Positions 37,400 to 50,986 of a stretch of 64,000 nucleotides of DNA are shown piece after piece (position 1 is the stretch's first letter; each line of letters starts with the position of its first letter). A program made the position numbers and the translations under genes. Origin of the DNA: Eledone cirrhosa. Taxonomy: Eukaryota. The stretch is from NCBI GenBank assembly GCA_964016885.1, contig OZ024741.1, forward strand, positions 196,416,001 to 196,480,000. Reading direction: 5' to 3'. Under the pieces are notes generated by a model. It had not been told where the DNA came from. It ran no database searches and worked only from the letters and a program-made list of their open reading frames with translations.

Positions 37400-40300
37400 A
37401 AAGAAAAAGGTATAGATATCGATACCTTATTATGCTAGAGCGCTTTTTTTTTTCTTTGTCTATATTGAATCAGTTAGATGTCAACGATAAACAGGAATGC
37501 TGTACTAAGGATAAACATTTACATGCAACCTGCTAAACCGTTCGTCCACTCTTAATTAACTTAGGTTTCCGCACAAAATCATATACTAATACCTAATGTG
37601 GTCGTAAGGGCGTTGTCACTATATTGCTAAAATTTAAAATGTGTTTCTGAAAAAACTTGATGTGATACGCAAATTCTAAGAATAGATTTGAAATCTGCGC
37701 CACAAAATTGTATCAGGTGAACATTTTCATATAAAAAAAAAGTTGTTTTTCCAAATGTAGCCCAGTTTTATTACTTCTTTATCAATCCTTTTTTACTCGA
37801 GACAAAACTTTTTCTCAACCCGGTCATATTTTGCACGGGGAGGAAATTGGCAACGTCACCGTTTTCCGAAGACTAGCTTTACCAATATTTTCTTCCGTCT
37901 TTTTTTATGTCACATTCAAATCCTTTTTTTTCATGATCCTGTTTTTGCATCAGCATTTTATATTTCACTAAGCGGTCTCCACAGGGTTGGGCCCAACTCT
38001 ACGCTATGCTAAACATTGATTCTTAGAACGACCTTTTACTTCAGCATGGATACTATATCCGAACAGTCAAGGAATTCTTGGATTAAAAAAGGTACATCAT
38101 TTTCATTGCTTCTATTTACCTATAAATCATGATGGTGTATGTAATATGTGTATACGAGAAAAGTGTTAAAGACTAACTGTGTTATAGCGAGGTGTAATCA
38201 GTTATTTGTATGTAATTATATATTTTTGTTTAAGAATATATGACTGCCAGTTTTCTTTTATTTGTTCCGTAAAATGTTTGTTTTGGACGTTTCCTTTAAA
38301 TGCAGCGACCCAAATCAGGAAATTATTTTCTTTTGAATGTGATCCCTTTTAGAGGTATTTAATATATAGACTCTATCGTATTTTCAGGTTAACTAGGACG
38401 CGATTTATCATTTTCACCAGGCTGCTTGCTTTTCTTTTCTTTTTTTACTGGCTTCATTAATTTGACTGCGACTATACTGGGCACCGCATTCAAAAGATTT
38501 CATCGTTCATATGAACCGCAATACTTTTATCAATTTATATTTATCCAACCGCAAGCGATATAAACAGGAAGCGTAAACATATATTTACGACAGGTTCTAC
38601 ACAGTTTCCGTCTGCTAAATTTCACTCGCAAGTCAGGTAAACCCGAGGCTATAGTAGAACACATTTGCCCAAGGTGCCACGCTTTTTGACTGAACCCGAA
38701 AAACGCGCTTGCAAAGCGAACTCCTGATCTGCACAGCCATGTTCGTTCAACATTGAGTAGTATTATCGAAATTCCCTTTCATTTAAGATTATGCAACCCC
38801 TGTCAAATGAGTGGGTAACCACAGCGAGATCATCCACTAGAAAATAACAGTACAACTTAAGATCCCCCAGTTGAGGCATGTTTTTTTCACAAAACCACAA
38901 GTTCCCAGAGCAGAATCAGAATAAACCCATGTAAATTTTAATTTCTAAAATTGGAATATCAAAAGAAATCTTGAAAATAAAAAGTGTACTATATATATGT
39001 TATAGATTACGAATTAATTTCAAACGTGAGCATAAAGTATATAAACGCAGTTTATATAATCAATATGATTGACAGAAAAAAAAAAGAAATCAATATAAAT
39101 CGAGAAAAAAACAACGGGAGAAGATATGTACTCTCAATTACACGCTGTAACAGGTGTTTCCTTTTAAAACTTTTTGAGGCAAACCAAGACGCTCATGGCA
39201 TTGCCGCGGGTGATAGCGAGGCTAACCTGTTGGAATAGCCAAACACCCTCACTAGCATCACCTGATATTCAGTAAAGCGAGCCAGTAACAATGACAAGAG
39301 CCTGTGAAAATGAGAGGCAAAGTTGTCCCCAGTGGGATTCGAATTCAGTACGGAAAGGAACATAATTGATTGTCGCGCATTGTAATGTACTGGGTAATTT
39401 TCTGGCCTTGTGCCAATAGTAGAAACAATTATTTCTTCCGGCGCTTTACAGATTTCATTTAGCGGGTGTCATTGACTATACGATTCAAAATGAGAAAACT
39501 AAACTATTTGGTTAGATGCACGCGATTCATTGCGCAAGTAAACTCACGGGTGGGGGAATAAGAGAAAACGCAAGAGTTGCCCTACATACATGTAAGGGCA
39601 GAAGTAAATTCTCGAGAAGTACTTTTATGATCCCTGAATACTTTTTCTTGATTTTCACTCACAAGAACAGTGAATCTTATGTTTACATTAAGATTATTGC
39701 AGTGGTTATTATTTATAGAAATGCTTGCTTGGAATGTTACCTGTTAGTGGACTACAATATTCTGTGAATACCTGAACATTTCAAGTTGTTATAATTTTCT
39801 CTTTTACGTGTATAACCGGTTTAGGTTTTCGAGTTTTAGTCACATCTTGGGGAAGGGAAGGAAAAATCGTTAGAGTGCAATATCAACTTATGTCTCAAGG
39901 TTCTCTATTGCCTTACAACCCTTGTTCGTCTCTGTTATCAGCTCTAGGCCTTGTATTAATAAAATCAGTAATAGTACTTTTATTTAATATAGGTTTTAGA
40001 ATTTTGATGGTGAAATATGTTTTTCTTACGATTAAAAAAAAATGTATTTTGAACGAATATGGCCTTCAAAACCGTGGTAATTGATCGTTTTCTGTAGTAA
40101 CCTCACCCGAGAACTCCATAACATTCGTCTCGGAGACTGGTTTAATAATAAAAATTTACCATAAAATCTAAACGCAATTCTCCATCTAGTTATCCTTCTC
40201 GTCATAGATGTTGCCTACTATTTCATTGAACTTACGATATGGTGCTGCCAGTCACAACTATAATTATCTGTCCAACTCATACCGGCATAGAAATCAGATG

Positions 40301-40400
40301 ATACATATCACCCGATCGATCACCTTTTTTTCAAAATTGGTTGGACTCGAAATTATCATGGACCTTGACCTTTTCATAAACAAGTTAAAATAAAATATTC
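37400..40400. promoter_or_regulatory. Relatively CpG-rich region, candidate GNPAT promoter/first exon
   Basis: CG dinucleotides are visibly more frequent than in the flanking introns; lies 5-8 kb upstream of the first recognisable GNPAT exon. Confidence 0.4.
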
Positions 40401-40499
40401 TATTTTTGAAACCTTTTGCCCCCCCCCCCCCTCTCCCATTCCCCCTCTTTATATATATATATATATTGTGTAAACTATACTTGATTTATTGTTAATCTC

Positions 40500-41740
40500 T
40501 CTTCATTTAACTTACTGATTATTCGTGCTGTTCTAGCTTCTAATACCAAGATCTGGGTAAGAAAGTTTTCTTTTTGCTCTTCATTATCTGTCAATAGGGT
40601 ACCAAACAATGTCATTGGATTGGATTTTGTCACTACTACTGCATTGTATCATGGCTATGTCTGTTTATAACAGTGATCACACCAGCACTGTAGAATAGGC
40701 AAGTGTTATGGTTAGGATTTAATTCCTTCGACTTCACAAAATTACAGTTGCTGGGATACCATCCTGTGGGGAAATTATCTCTTGACTACTTCACATTAGA
40801 GAATTTAGAGGTGATCAACTTTTATGATTCAGGAGAGCCTACATGCTGCTGCCTCACAACTTAGGAACTTAGGGGGAGGAAGTTTTAAGTTTAGCTTTTA
40901 TTGATGCATCTTTTTGTCAAACAATTTTATTGAAAACAATAAATAATTTTATGGTAATAAATAAATAAAACATTAAATAACAACTCTACACCCCTGTCTA
41001 AGCAATATATTTCAGCTGTGAGTGACTGACTACACTTCAGTCTTGGCAGTATATCTTACCTATGCCCCATGGACAAGATAGCGAAAGCATTTTAATGAAG
41101 AACAGCCAGTAACAGCTCCTGCACCAACCAATCCATCTTACAGGGCTCTTTCCTCTCTATTTTGTAGAGGAAAGGTCTCATCAGCTGGCATAAAAAAGAA
41201 GTGGTCACTTGAGTACCCATATTTAATTATCTTCCACTTCTCTCTGTTATGGCTAGCAGTGTCCCTGTTTGTGGCTGAAGCAACGTAATTGGAGCTGGGG
41301 AATGTGTTTCAGCACAGTTTCCTAAATTTCAATTTGTGAATAATAGTATGATTGATTTTCAATGATCCAATCTTTGGTTCATTGTATTTGTGACAAGAGA
41401 GTGTCTGTAACTTGGTGCAGAAAAATATCATTGGAAAAGAACTGGTCTTTGATTTTCTCATTGATGTTTATGTCTTTTTGCCCATAAACATGAGCAAAAG
41501 ATGTACACACACATATCTACAACAACATTTTACACTGTTTTCGCTATTTTCAGGCAGTCTTTATGTAGTTCATTACCTTTATTTAACTACAGAATGGAGA
41601 CAACATTTGTATTCAATGATCTTATACTGTTATACTGCTACTGGGAATCTCTTGGTAGCTACTCCCCCCTACATCATGGTGATACATGGTCTCTCAGCTG
41701 TAGTGTTGGACACTTTTAACAAGCCTTTGAGCATTAAAAT
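40500..41740 (-). mobile_element. Highly decayed LINE (APE/RT) remnant
   Basis: Weak minus-strand traces resembling the RGGGVA and SDH endonuclease motifs. Confidence 0.3.
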
Positions 41741-42502
41741 TATTGACTGATATCAGGTAAAAGAGACTCTTTTAGTTCAATCACAGACAGCTTCTCTAGT
41801 ACTGGTAGCACAATAAAAGACACCCAGTTCATGCAGGTCCATGGCGAGGAGTGAGATGAAAGACCAGAGCAGTTGTTGAGATAAAGGAGCTGGCCCAACC
41901 CATGCTAACATGAAGGCAAAAAACGTAAAATTATGGGGATGATTATATTTATGTATATTAAATTATATTTAAATACAATATGAATTATATATAATTGTCT
42001 ACATTATGCAATATAAGTTTCTATATTTATGATATTAAAAATATAAGTTAGAGTTGTTATTTTCCATGTTTTTTCATACTTGCATGGGTTGGATAAAACC
42101 TGAAACTTATGCGTGTTAAGTAGTTGTGTATCATAAAACTAGGCCTGTTGCAGACATTTTGGTATTAAAAGGGTTAAAATGTTTATATTTAGCTTAAAAA
42201 CTTCTATCTTAATTTTATATACCTATCTTTGTTAAGTTCCAAACTCCAGTTTGATAGTGAGAAAGTTGGTTGTATTACTAAATCCCTCCAAATTCTTGAT
42301 TATTTTCAAAATTATTTGAAAATTATAAATAGTGTTTTTCATCAGAAATATGGTACTGAAATGGTTAACTTCTTAGTGTCCTGATCCACCTAGCTGTATA
42401 CAAAAAGGACATGATATAATTTACAATTATGAGTAAAAATCCTTCGAACAATGTTTTTGAACAAGTTGAATGAGCAAAACTATCCTATGTGTGTATGTAT
42501 AT

Positions 42503-42900
42503 ATCATCATCATCATCATCGTTTAATGTCCATTTTCCACGCTAGCATGGGTTAGACAGGTTGTCACGTAACACAAGTCAGGTCCAAAAACCACGTCATG
42601 CTCATACAAATCTGTATTTTGGCTTGGTTTCTATGGCTGGATTGCTGTTCCTAACATCAATCTGGTGAACTGGGTGCTTTTTATCATGTCACCAATCTGA
42701 CCACCTTTCAGGGTGTACTGGTTGCTTTTTGTTGTATCACCAACATGACCAACTTACAGGATGGACTGGGTGCTTTTTGTCATGTCACCAATCTGACCAC
42801 CTTTCAGGATGGACTGGTTGCTTTTTGTTGTATCACCAACATGACCAACTTACAGGGTGGACTGGGTGCTTTTGTTATGGCACCGGATCAGCATACAGGA
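42503..42900 (-). repeat. RTE 3' tail with a 96-bp tandem duplication
   Basis: 42669-42764 is repeated at 42765-42860; each unit is two related 48-bp modules. Confidence 0.8.
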
Positions 42901-42957
42901 TGGGCTTAGTGCTTTTTTGTTGTGGCAAAGGCATTGTGGGATATCATATATATATAT

Positions 42958-44250
42958 CATCATCACCATTTAACGTCCATTTTTCCATGCTTAGCATGGG
43001 TTAGACAGGCTGTCTTGTTTGAGGCAAGTTGGGTCAGGTGACCATGTCTTGCTCACACAGAACTGTTTCTGGTTTGGTTTCTACAGCTGAATGCCCTTCC
43101 TAACACCAACCACATTTGCAGTGTGTGCTTTTTGTCATGACTCCTACATGACCATTTTACAGTGTGGGCTGGGTATTTTTTGTCGCAACACCTACACAAC
43201 CAGAGATCTCGGTCCTGTGTCTCCATCTTTGAGAGGTGCAATTGGGCAAGGTCAGCTTTTATTACTTTATTCCAAGTCTTCTTGGGTTTCCCCACTCCAT
43301 GGCTTCCATTGACTTTGAGTGATCTGCACCTTTTTATGCAGTTGTCCATACCAATGCAATCTCCTCTCCTGCACACTGCATCTGATTCCTCTGCCTTTCA
43401 TTTTGAGGGAAAAGACATTTGTATCTAGCAGTGGTAGTAGTTCTCGTTCTCACTCTGACTTCTGTTCTTTCAGAACACCCACCTCCACTGCTAATTTGAT
43501 CACCTAGGTAGCAGAAGCTGTCTACTGTTTCTACTAAACCTTCCCGGAATTTGATAGCACTTGTTTCCTGTGGTTGTTTGCTGCTTACTGCCCCGGTGCA
43601 ACTACTACATGTAAAGCTTACATTCTTAGCTAAACTTCCTGAGATCCCCCTACATCTCTTGTGTACCCATAGTTTGCATTTGGGAAACAGGATGGAATTT
43701 CTACCTACACCTTTCCTACATACTGAGCAAGGCCATTTCCCCAAGGGAATTAAGGTTCTGTTTTCTCTTCTACTTACTAGGACTTAGTCTTTGTCAGGTT
43801 GACTCCTTGTTTTTAGGCCCTGCTTTCATGTTTGGAATTTATTCTCTAGTTCCACCATAGATTCCGCTATGAGTGTAAGATCATCCATGTACAGGAGTTC
43901 CCATGGGCAGCCGATCTTAAACTCCTCTGTTATAGCCTGCAGTATGATAATAAACAGAGCTCGGGTGGACACTAAATTCATCACTATAGTCATTGCTAGT
44001 CCTAACATTGCTGACTGCTTCCCTATACATGGCTCTTCAACTTTCAGAAGCCACTCATCTACTCCTAGTTTTCTAAGAGCCCACCAGATTATGGCACAGG
44101 GCACTCTGTTAAAAGCTTTCTCCAGATCAACAAATGTCAGGTAGAAAGGCTTACTTTTAGCTAGGTACTTTTCCTGTAGCTGCTTCACCAAGAAGAGAGC
44201 ATCAATGGTGATTTTGCCTGGTACAAATCCAAACATCTCATCTAGATTTA
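42958..44250 (-). mobile_element. 5'-truncated RTE LINE
   Basis: FVDLEKAFNRVP, LLYMDD, PHD-like insert, DSFCYLGDQIS, GKPKKTW, 3' tail. Confidence 0.9.
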
Positions 44251-44700
44251 CATGTGTTGTGTTGAGTCTATGTATGAGCAAGGCTTCCTTAATTCTTAAA
44301 TTGCCCACATTTCTATCACTGGCTTTAATAGTAACAGTAATATGTTGGGTGAAACATCAACCTACAAATAAATAATAGATTAGAACTCAGCACACAATAC
44401 TTAACATAAAAAGACACACCCAGAGGCACACAAACTAAACGTCTCATAGAAAAAAGAAAATTGATTCCACGAAATACTATATTGGCAATAAATGTCATTC
44501 TTGTAAAGAGCGAAATAACTATCAAAAACGCTTGAAAACGACTTTAAAAAATTTTAATCAAAATCAAAATTTAATCCCAAAGAGAGGAAATTGGAAAGTT
44601 CCTTAAATCCTGAAGAAGGGACTTTTAGGTCCCAAAATATTGGACAGAAAAAAGAACAACAAAACAAAGATTATCAGGTGACTTTTCATTACCTCATTTT
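44250..44700. mobile_element. Penelope-like remnant
   Basis: Minus-strand TIKASDRNVGNLRIKEALLIHRLN resembles a GIY-YIG C-terminus; hammerhead-like motif on + at 44608-44644. Confidence 0.55.
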
Positions 44701-45195
44701 ACAGTTCATTTTGCCTTATTTAGCCTTCTATCTCTTTCAACGTTATATAAGGCCATATGTACCCAGTTTAAAATAAATACACCATATCCTTGCATATTGT
44801 AAAAAGTGACTTAAAGGGTTTGTGTCAGGAAGGGCATGTGGCTGTACAATGTTGCCAGCTTGGAAAAGTCAACAAAAAAGCCATGATGATAATTATATGT
44901 CTCATATATGATTGTGACATAGACTCTGCAAGCCTATCTATCACAGGCTACTTGTCTCAGAAAGCAGTAATTCTAATTAAGAACCGATACAGAGATCACC
45001 TATCCAGTGTTCATGGCATGATAAAATACACCTAGTCTACACTATAAGACATGAACAACAACAACGAATTTGGTTAATTTTCTCTGTTGCTATGTGTGAA
45101 AGAACCTGTGGACTAGCTGAGTGACATACAACCCATGTCAACATAGAAAAATAAATGTAAAATGATTAATTTTCTAAGGTATTTCTTTTATCTAG

Positions 45196-45395
45196 ATAAT
45201 CGTAAAAACATATCTGAACGCCACAAAGATATGTATGAAGATATTTTAGATGACAGACGGTCCTCTAGTGATTTTCGATGGGCCACAAGAACCAGAGAAG
45301 ATATTCCTGTTTACTGTTTCAACAAACCACGCAGTTCAGCAGATATTAAAAAAGATGTTTTAAAAAGTAAACGTGTCCAATATGTATTAGAAAAG
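45196..45395 (+). CDS. GNPAT: Dihydroxyacetone phosphate acyltransferase, first recognisable exon (possible ATG at 45231)
   Basis: tctag/gtaatt; MYEDILDDRRSSSDFRWA...DIKKDVLKSKRVQYVLEK resembles the GNPAT N-terminus FEDILEERRHVSDLKFA. Confidence 0.88.
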
Positions 45396-46219
45396 GTAAT
45401 TTGTTTCAAATTTATATTTTAGATTCTGTATATTAAGACAAAAGCAGTAGATTGACATTGTCTATAGCACACCGGCTAGAATGCTTTGTGGTACTCATTT
45501 CACCCCTGCACTCTCTGAGTTCAAATCCCAACAAGATCAACTTTGCCTTTCATCCTTTCATGGTTGATAAAAAAAGTACCAATCCAGTACTGAGTGTCTA
45601 TTCTTCCTCTATATCTCTTTCTCTCACTCTCTTTCTTCTTCTTTAGAAGAAATCAACTGTTTTCAGACTTAGAGAGAAGATGGGCTCCACCACGTTTAAC
45701 GTGCCCAAGACATATCATATGCCACAACAGCAACCCAACAAATCTATACATACATACATATTGAGACAGTATTTGCATATTTCTATCTTCTTTATATCTG
45801 CATTCTTTGCTTTGTTTAACTGGGTGCTGTATGCTTGCTTTTCTAATGCACTGCTTATATAAAATCTGTTACATTTTATGTGTTTATAGAGTACATTAAA
45901 TAAACTATAAAGCATTTATCTGCATTGCAAATCAGCCAGTTTGCAAATGAACATATTCTGTTATGATCAAAGGTTCGTCTTTTAGACAAGTACCTTCTTA
46001 ATCGACAAGTTAAATCTTCAGTGAAATTGGGTAGCCAGAAACTGCTGAAACCTATTGGATGAACTGTATCTATTCATGAGTGGACTTTTAAGTGCTTTTA
46101 GCACAGTCTATTTTTTTATAATTAGTTCCATAATTTCTTTTGCTTGCCTGTCTTGGAGACTTTGCAAAAAGGTTATGGATGTTGTCCTTCCTTCTCTGGC
46201 CAAATATTGAAAAGAATGC

Positions 46220-48116
46220 AATATAACATAAAAAATATTATGCTAAGTATAAAAGAACGTGTGTTGGTAGGACATGTATAGCTAGTGCTTTCAATATAAC
46301 ATAAGAAATGTTACCATGCTAAGTATGAAAGAACGTGTGTTGGTAGGACATGTATAGCTAGTGCTTTCAATATAACATAAGAAATGTTACCATGCTAAGT
46401 ATGAAAGAACGTGTGTTGGTAGGACATGTATAGCTAGTGCTTTCAATATAACATAAGAAATGTTACCATGCTAAGTATGAAAGAACGTGTGTTGGTAGGA
46501 CATGTATAGCTAGTGCTTTCAATATAACATAAGAAATGTTACCATGCTAAGTATGAAAGAACGTGTGTTGGTAGGACATGTATAGCTAGTGCTTTCAATA
46601 TAACATAAGAAATGTTACCATGCTAAGTATGAAAGAACATGTGTTGGTAGGACATGTATAGCTAGTGCTTTCAATATAACATAAGAAATGTTACCATGCT
46701 AAGTATGAAAGAACGTGTGTTGGTAGGACATGTATAGCTAGTGCTTTCAATATAACATAAGAAATGTTACCATGCTAAGTATGAAAGAACATGTGTTGGT
46801 AGGACATATATAGTTAGTGCTTTCAATATAACATAAGAAATGTTACCATGCTAAGTATGAAAGAACGTGTGTTGGTAGGACATGTATAGCTAGTGCTTTC
46901 AATATAACATAAGAAATGTTACCATGCTAAGTATGAAAGAACGTGTGTTGGTAGGACATGTATAGCTAGTGCTTTCAATATAACATAAGAAATGTTACCA
47001 TGCTAAGTATGAAAGAACGTGTGTTGGTAGGACATGTATAGCTAGTGCTTTCAATATAACATAAGAAATGTTACCATGCTAAGTATGAAAGAACATGTGT
47101 TGGTAGGACATGTATAGCTAGTGCTTTCAATATAACATAAGAAATGTTACCATGCTAAGTATGAAAGAACGTGTGTTGGTAGGACATGTATAGCTAGTGC
47201 TTTCAATATAACATAAGAAATGTTACCATGCTAAGTATGAAAGAACATGTGTTGGTAGGACATATATAGTTAGTGCTTTCAATATAACATAAGAAATGTT
47301 ACCATGCTAAGTATGAAAGAACGTGTGTTGGTAGGACATGTATAGCTAGTGCTTTCAATATAACATAAGAAATGTTACCATGCTAAGTATGAAAGAACGT
47401 GTGTTGGTAGGACATGTATAGCTAGTGCTTTCAATATAACATAAGAAATGTTACCATGCTAAGTATGAAAGAACGTGTGTTGGTAGGACATGTATAGCTA
47501 GTGCTTTCAATATAACATAAGAAATGTTACCATGCTAAGTATGAAAGAACATGTGTTGGTAGGACATGTATAGCTAGTGCTTTCAATATAACATAAGAAA
47601 TGTTACCATGCTAAGTATGAAAGAACGTGTGTTGGTAGGACATGTATAGCTAGTGCTTTCAATATAACATAAGAAATGTTACCATGCTAAGTATGAAAGA
47701 ACGTGTGTTGGTAGGACATGTATAGCTAGTGCTTTCAATATAACATAAGAAATGTTACCATGCTAAGTATGAAAGAACGTGTGTTGGTAGGACATGTATA
47801 GCTAGTGCTTTCAATATAACATAAGAAATGTTACCATGCTAAGTATGAAAGAACATGTGTTGGTAGGACATATATAGTTAGTGCTTTCAATATAACATAA
47901 GAAATGTTACCATGCTAAGTATGAAAGAACGTGTGTTGGTAGGACATATATAGTTAGTGCTTTCAATATAACATAAGAAATGTTACCATGCTAAGTATGA
48001 AAGAACGTGTGTTGGTAGGACATATATAGTTAGTGCTTTCAATATAACATAAGAAATGTTACCATGCTAAGTATGAAAGAACGTGTGTTGGTAGGACATA
48101 TATAGTTAGTGTTATC
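46220..48116. repeat. Minisatellite, 25 copies of a 76-bp unit, in a GNPAT intron
   Basis: Unit aatataacataagaaatgttaccatgctaagtatgaaagaacgtgtgttggtaggacatgtatagctagtgctttc; 24 units at exact 76-bp spacing from 46293 plus a degenerate 73-bp first unit. Confidence 0.98.
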
Positions 48117-48700
48117 AATGGATACACTGGAATTATTGGATTTTTTGTGCATTTATACTAGCACAACCAACAGTGGCTAGTCATGAACTAATCAAATGGA
48201 TTAAGTTAGTGAATAGGCTATATTACTTGGAAGATTTTAGTTAACTTGGTTTCTTGTAAAATTTGTATTGTTTCCATCCTGCATCATCTCATCTTCATCA
48301 CTGTTTAACATCTATTTTTCATACTTGCTGATGGGCTGTCAGATATTGAGACCTGACTGGTCAAGTCACCATGTCTTGCTTGTACACTTCGTTTTGGGTT
48401 GATTTCTATGAATGAATCCCCTTCCTAATGTCAACTACTTTACCATGTGTACTGGGAGCATTTTATCATGATTCCAACACTACCATCTTATAAGGTGGAC
48501 TGAGTGCTCTTTTCTCATGACACCAGATGAAATTATGCAGGACACAGACAATCATCATCATCATCATCAAAGGCAAATACAGAAAATATTCAAAATTTTG
48601 TTAGTTGATCTAGTCTTAATTATCATCAAAATATATATAAAATGTAAGAAATAAAACCAGCCTTTTTTATTTTATTTTAATTTTTTACTTTTTATTACAG

Positions 48701-48877
48701 TTATCCCAAGAATCTGGGACTCCAATTGCAGAACTTACAAATCAAGCTGCTGTTATTTTAGACGAAATGGCTCATAACATCAATATGACTTCTATTCGGA
48801 GTTTTGCTTTCTTTCTTGTTAAAGTGTTCAAGCAACTCTTTTCTCATATATATGTTAATGAGGACGGCATTCAACAG
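48701..48877 (+). CDS. GNPAT: GNPAT exon
   Basis: ttacag/gtaaag, phase 0-0; LSQESGTPIAELTNQAAVILDEMAHNINMTSIRSFAFFLVKVFKQLFSHIYVNEDGIQQ. Confidence 0.95.
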
Positions 48878-49559
48878 GTAAAGACAAACAATGTTTCACT
48901 TTATCAAAGTTGTTCTTTGAATTGTTTGTTGTTGTTATTGTTGCAGCTCTCTCATGTTAGGTTTCATCTCATAAGATATTTCTTGAATGTTTTATTAAAT
49001 AATCATAAATAAGTGTTAATTTTTATGAGGGTAAAATTTTCATTGATTTGAAAAATTGTAAAGTTGTATTTAATATTTCTTAAAGAACCCCCTCTCCTTA
49101 AAAAACAACATATCCACAATATGATCTTATGTAGTATAACCATTATTTTTCCATATAGTACTCTGCACCCTTTCTCTTTTTAGACATTTGAAGAGAAGTT
49201 TGACTTCTTTTCAGTTTGCAACAGTTTTCTTGAAAATATGTCATGGATTTGATTTCCATAGGTCAGAAAATAATGTGTTTTTTTAGAAGGCTACAGCAAT
49301 GCAAAAAGGACATTAAATGTTAAAAAAGAACAATAACAAAGTTGCTGGAGGTGTTTGCTCAGTGCTTAATATTTTGGAATAAAAATCACTTCACCAAAAG
49401 AAGAGTTGAGGACTAATAAAACACCTTCACAGTAACATTTCAACAACTTTATTATCATTATTGTTTAACATCTAATGTCCTATTTGCATTGCTGTAGTCC
49501 CCTGAAAAAAACACTTTTTTCTACACTTTCCACAATGTTTCAAGCAAATTACAACACCC

Positions 49560-50250
49560 TCTTATTTCTTGGGGTCACTTGATTGGTTTGCTGCTGAGTG
49601 CTGCATGGCAGGAATGAAAATCAGCGCTGTGAAGACACTCGTCCTCTCAACGAAGCCTGCACAGTGCACTTTATATGTGAGTGGAGTTCCACTGAAGCAG
49701 GTGGAGAAGTTCAAGTGTCTCGGGTGATGGAAGGTAGGAGGCTGAATTAAGTGCACAAATTACAGGAGCAGGTACAGTAATACACCAGCTTCAGTATTCA
49801 GTAATTAGAAGGGAGGTAGGTGGGTGTAAAAGCCAAACTCACTATCTTCAATTCGATATTCGTGCCAACCCTTACCTATGCTCATGAATCTTGGGTAATG
49901 ATCAAAGAATACAATCATGTATACATGTGGCCAAAATTGGATTTGGAGTAATTTTACTTGATGGAGTGTATAGCTCAGAGATCAGAGAGTTGCTGCTACT
50001 TCTCTGAATTGAGAGATCACAGCTCCGATATTACAGACATGTGGTTAGAATGTATCAGTAAAGAATTGATGGGAAAACCAACCGACAGGAGATCCTGAGC
50101 ACGATAGTTGGATAACATTTCTGACCTCGGCTGGTCTCTGTTGGAGATCCAGCCAGATCAATTGGAGATGATTGCTTCTGATAGGACCTGCTGGAAGGTT
50201 TGCTTAAAAACTCTTCCCTCACGAACCTTCCAGGAATAAGTGAGTGAAGA
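49560..50250 (+). mobile_element. Decayed RTE-like LINE 3' fragment (second family)
   Basis: LKQVEKFKCLG and PTLTYAHESW remnants. Confidence 0.65.
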
Positions 50251-50986
50251 AAAAGAAGACTTTTAGCTGACCCTTTTAAATTCTGACACTTTGACATTAA
50301 ACCCATTCACTATAATTGAAAATATTTCCTTCATAAATGATTAATTTAATTGTAATCATTTTAGTTCTCTTTAGAATTACTTAGATGATTCCTGTAGCTA
50401 CTCATTAAAAAAGCTTTATGTTTCTGTAATTGACATTTGATATATGTCATCTTCATTTAATATCAGTTTTTCCATGCTTGCATGGTTTGTACATGTCATC
50501 ACAGACTAAGTCTGTACTTAATCAGAGTCATTTTCCTCCTAGACTGTCTTGCTTACATACTTTGCTTTTGGCTTGATTTCTATGTCCAGACACCCTTCCT
50601 ATCACCAATCATATCATCAACATATATTATTTGCTGTGTGTATCTCAGTTTTGAGAATAGGCTCACTGTATCCCTGCATGTTGTCCGGAAGGGCCTCCAG
50701 CTATAAAATGTGTTCAACCATCCTGTGCAAGCCCATGCCAGCATGGAAAAGTGGACAGAAAAACGATGATGATAATATTCTTTTAGACTATGAAGCAACG
50801 TGACTTACCCACCATATGTACCTTCATCATTCAAGGTGTTGTGTGTGCATGATAATGTGTACTGCAAATTTCAAGCCCAGAGCATGATATGGTAGATGAA
50901 TCACATGCAGTTTTTTGTGATCATTCATTCTAGTAAAAAGTTACAACTTATCTGAGTATAAACAGTATAATGTAAACTGCTTCAGA

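Noticed and set aside
43826-44308. Apparent GIY-YIG/RT fusion ORF
   Set aside because: Junction of a truncated RTE with a Penelope remnant; both parts are decayed
46220-48116. CRISPR-like array
   Set aside because: Contiguous near-identical units with no unique spacers, no cas genes, eukaryotic intron context
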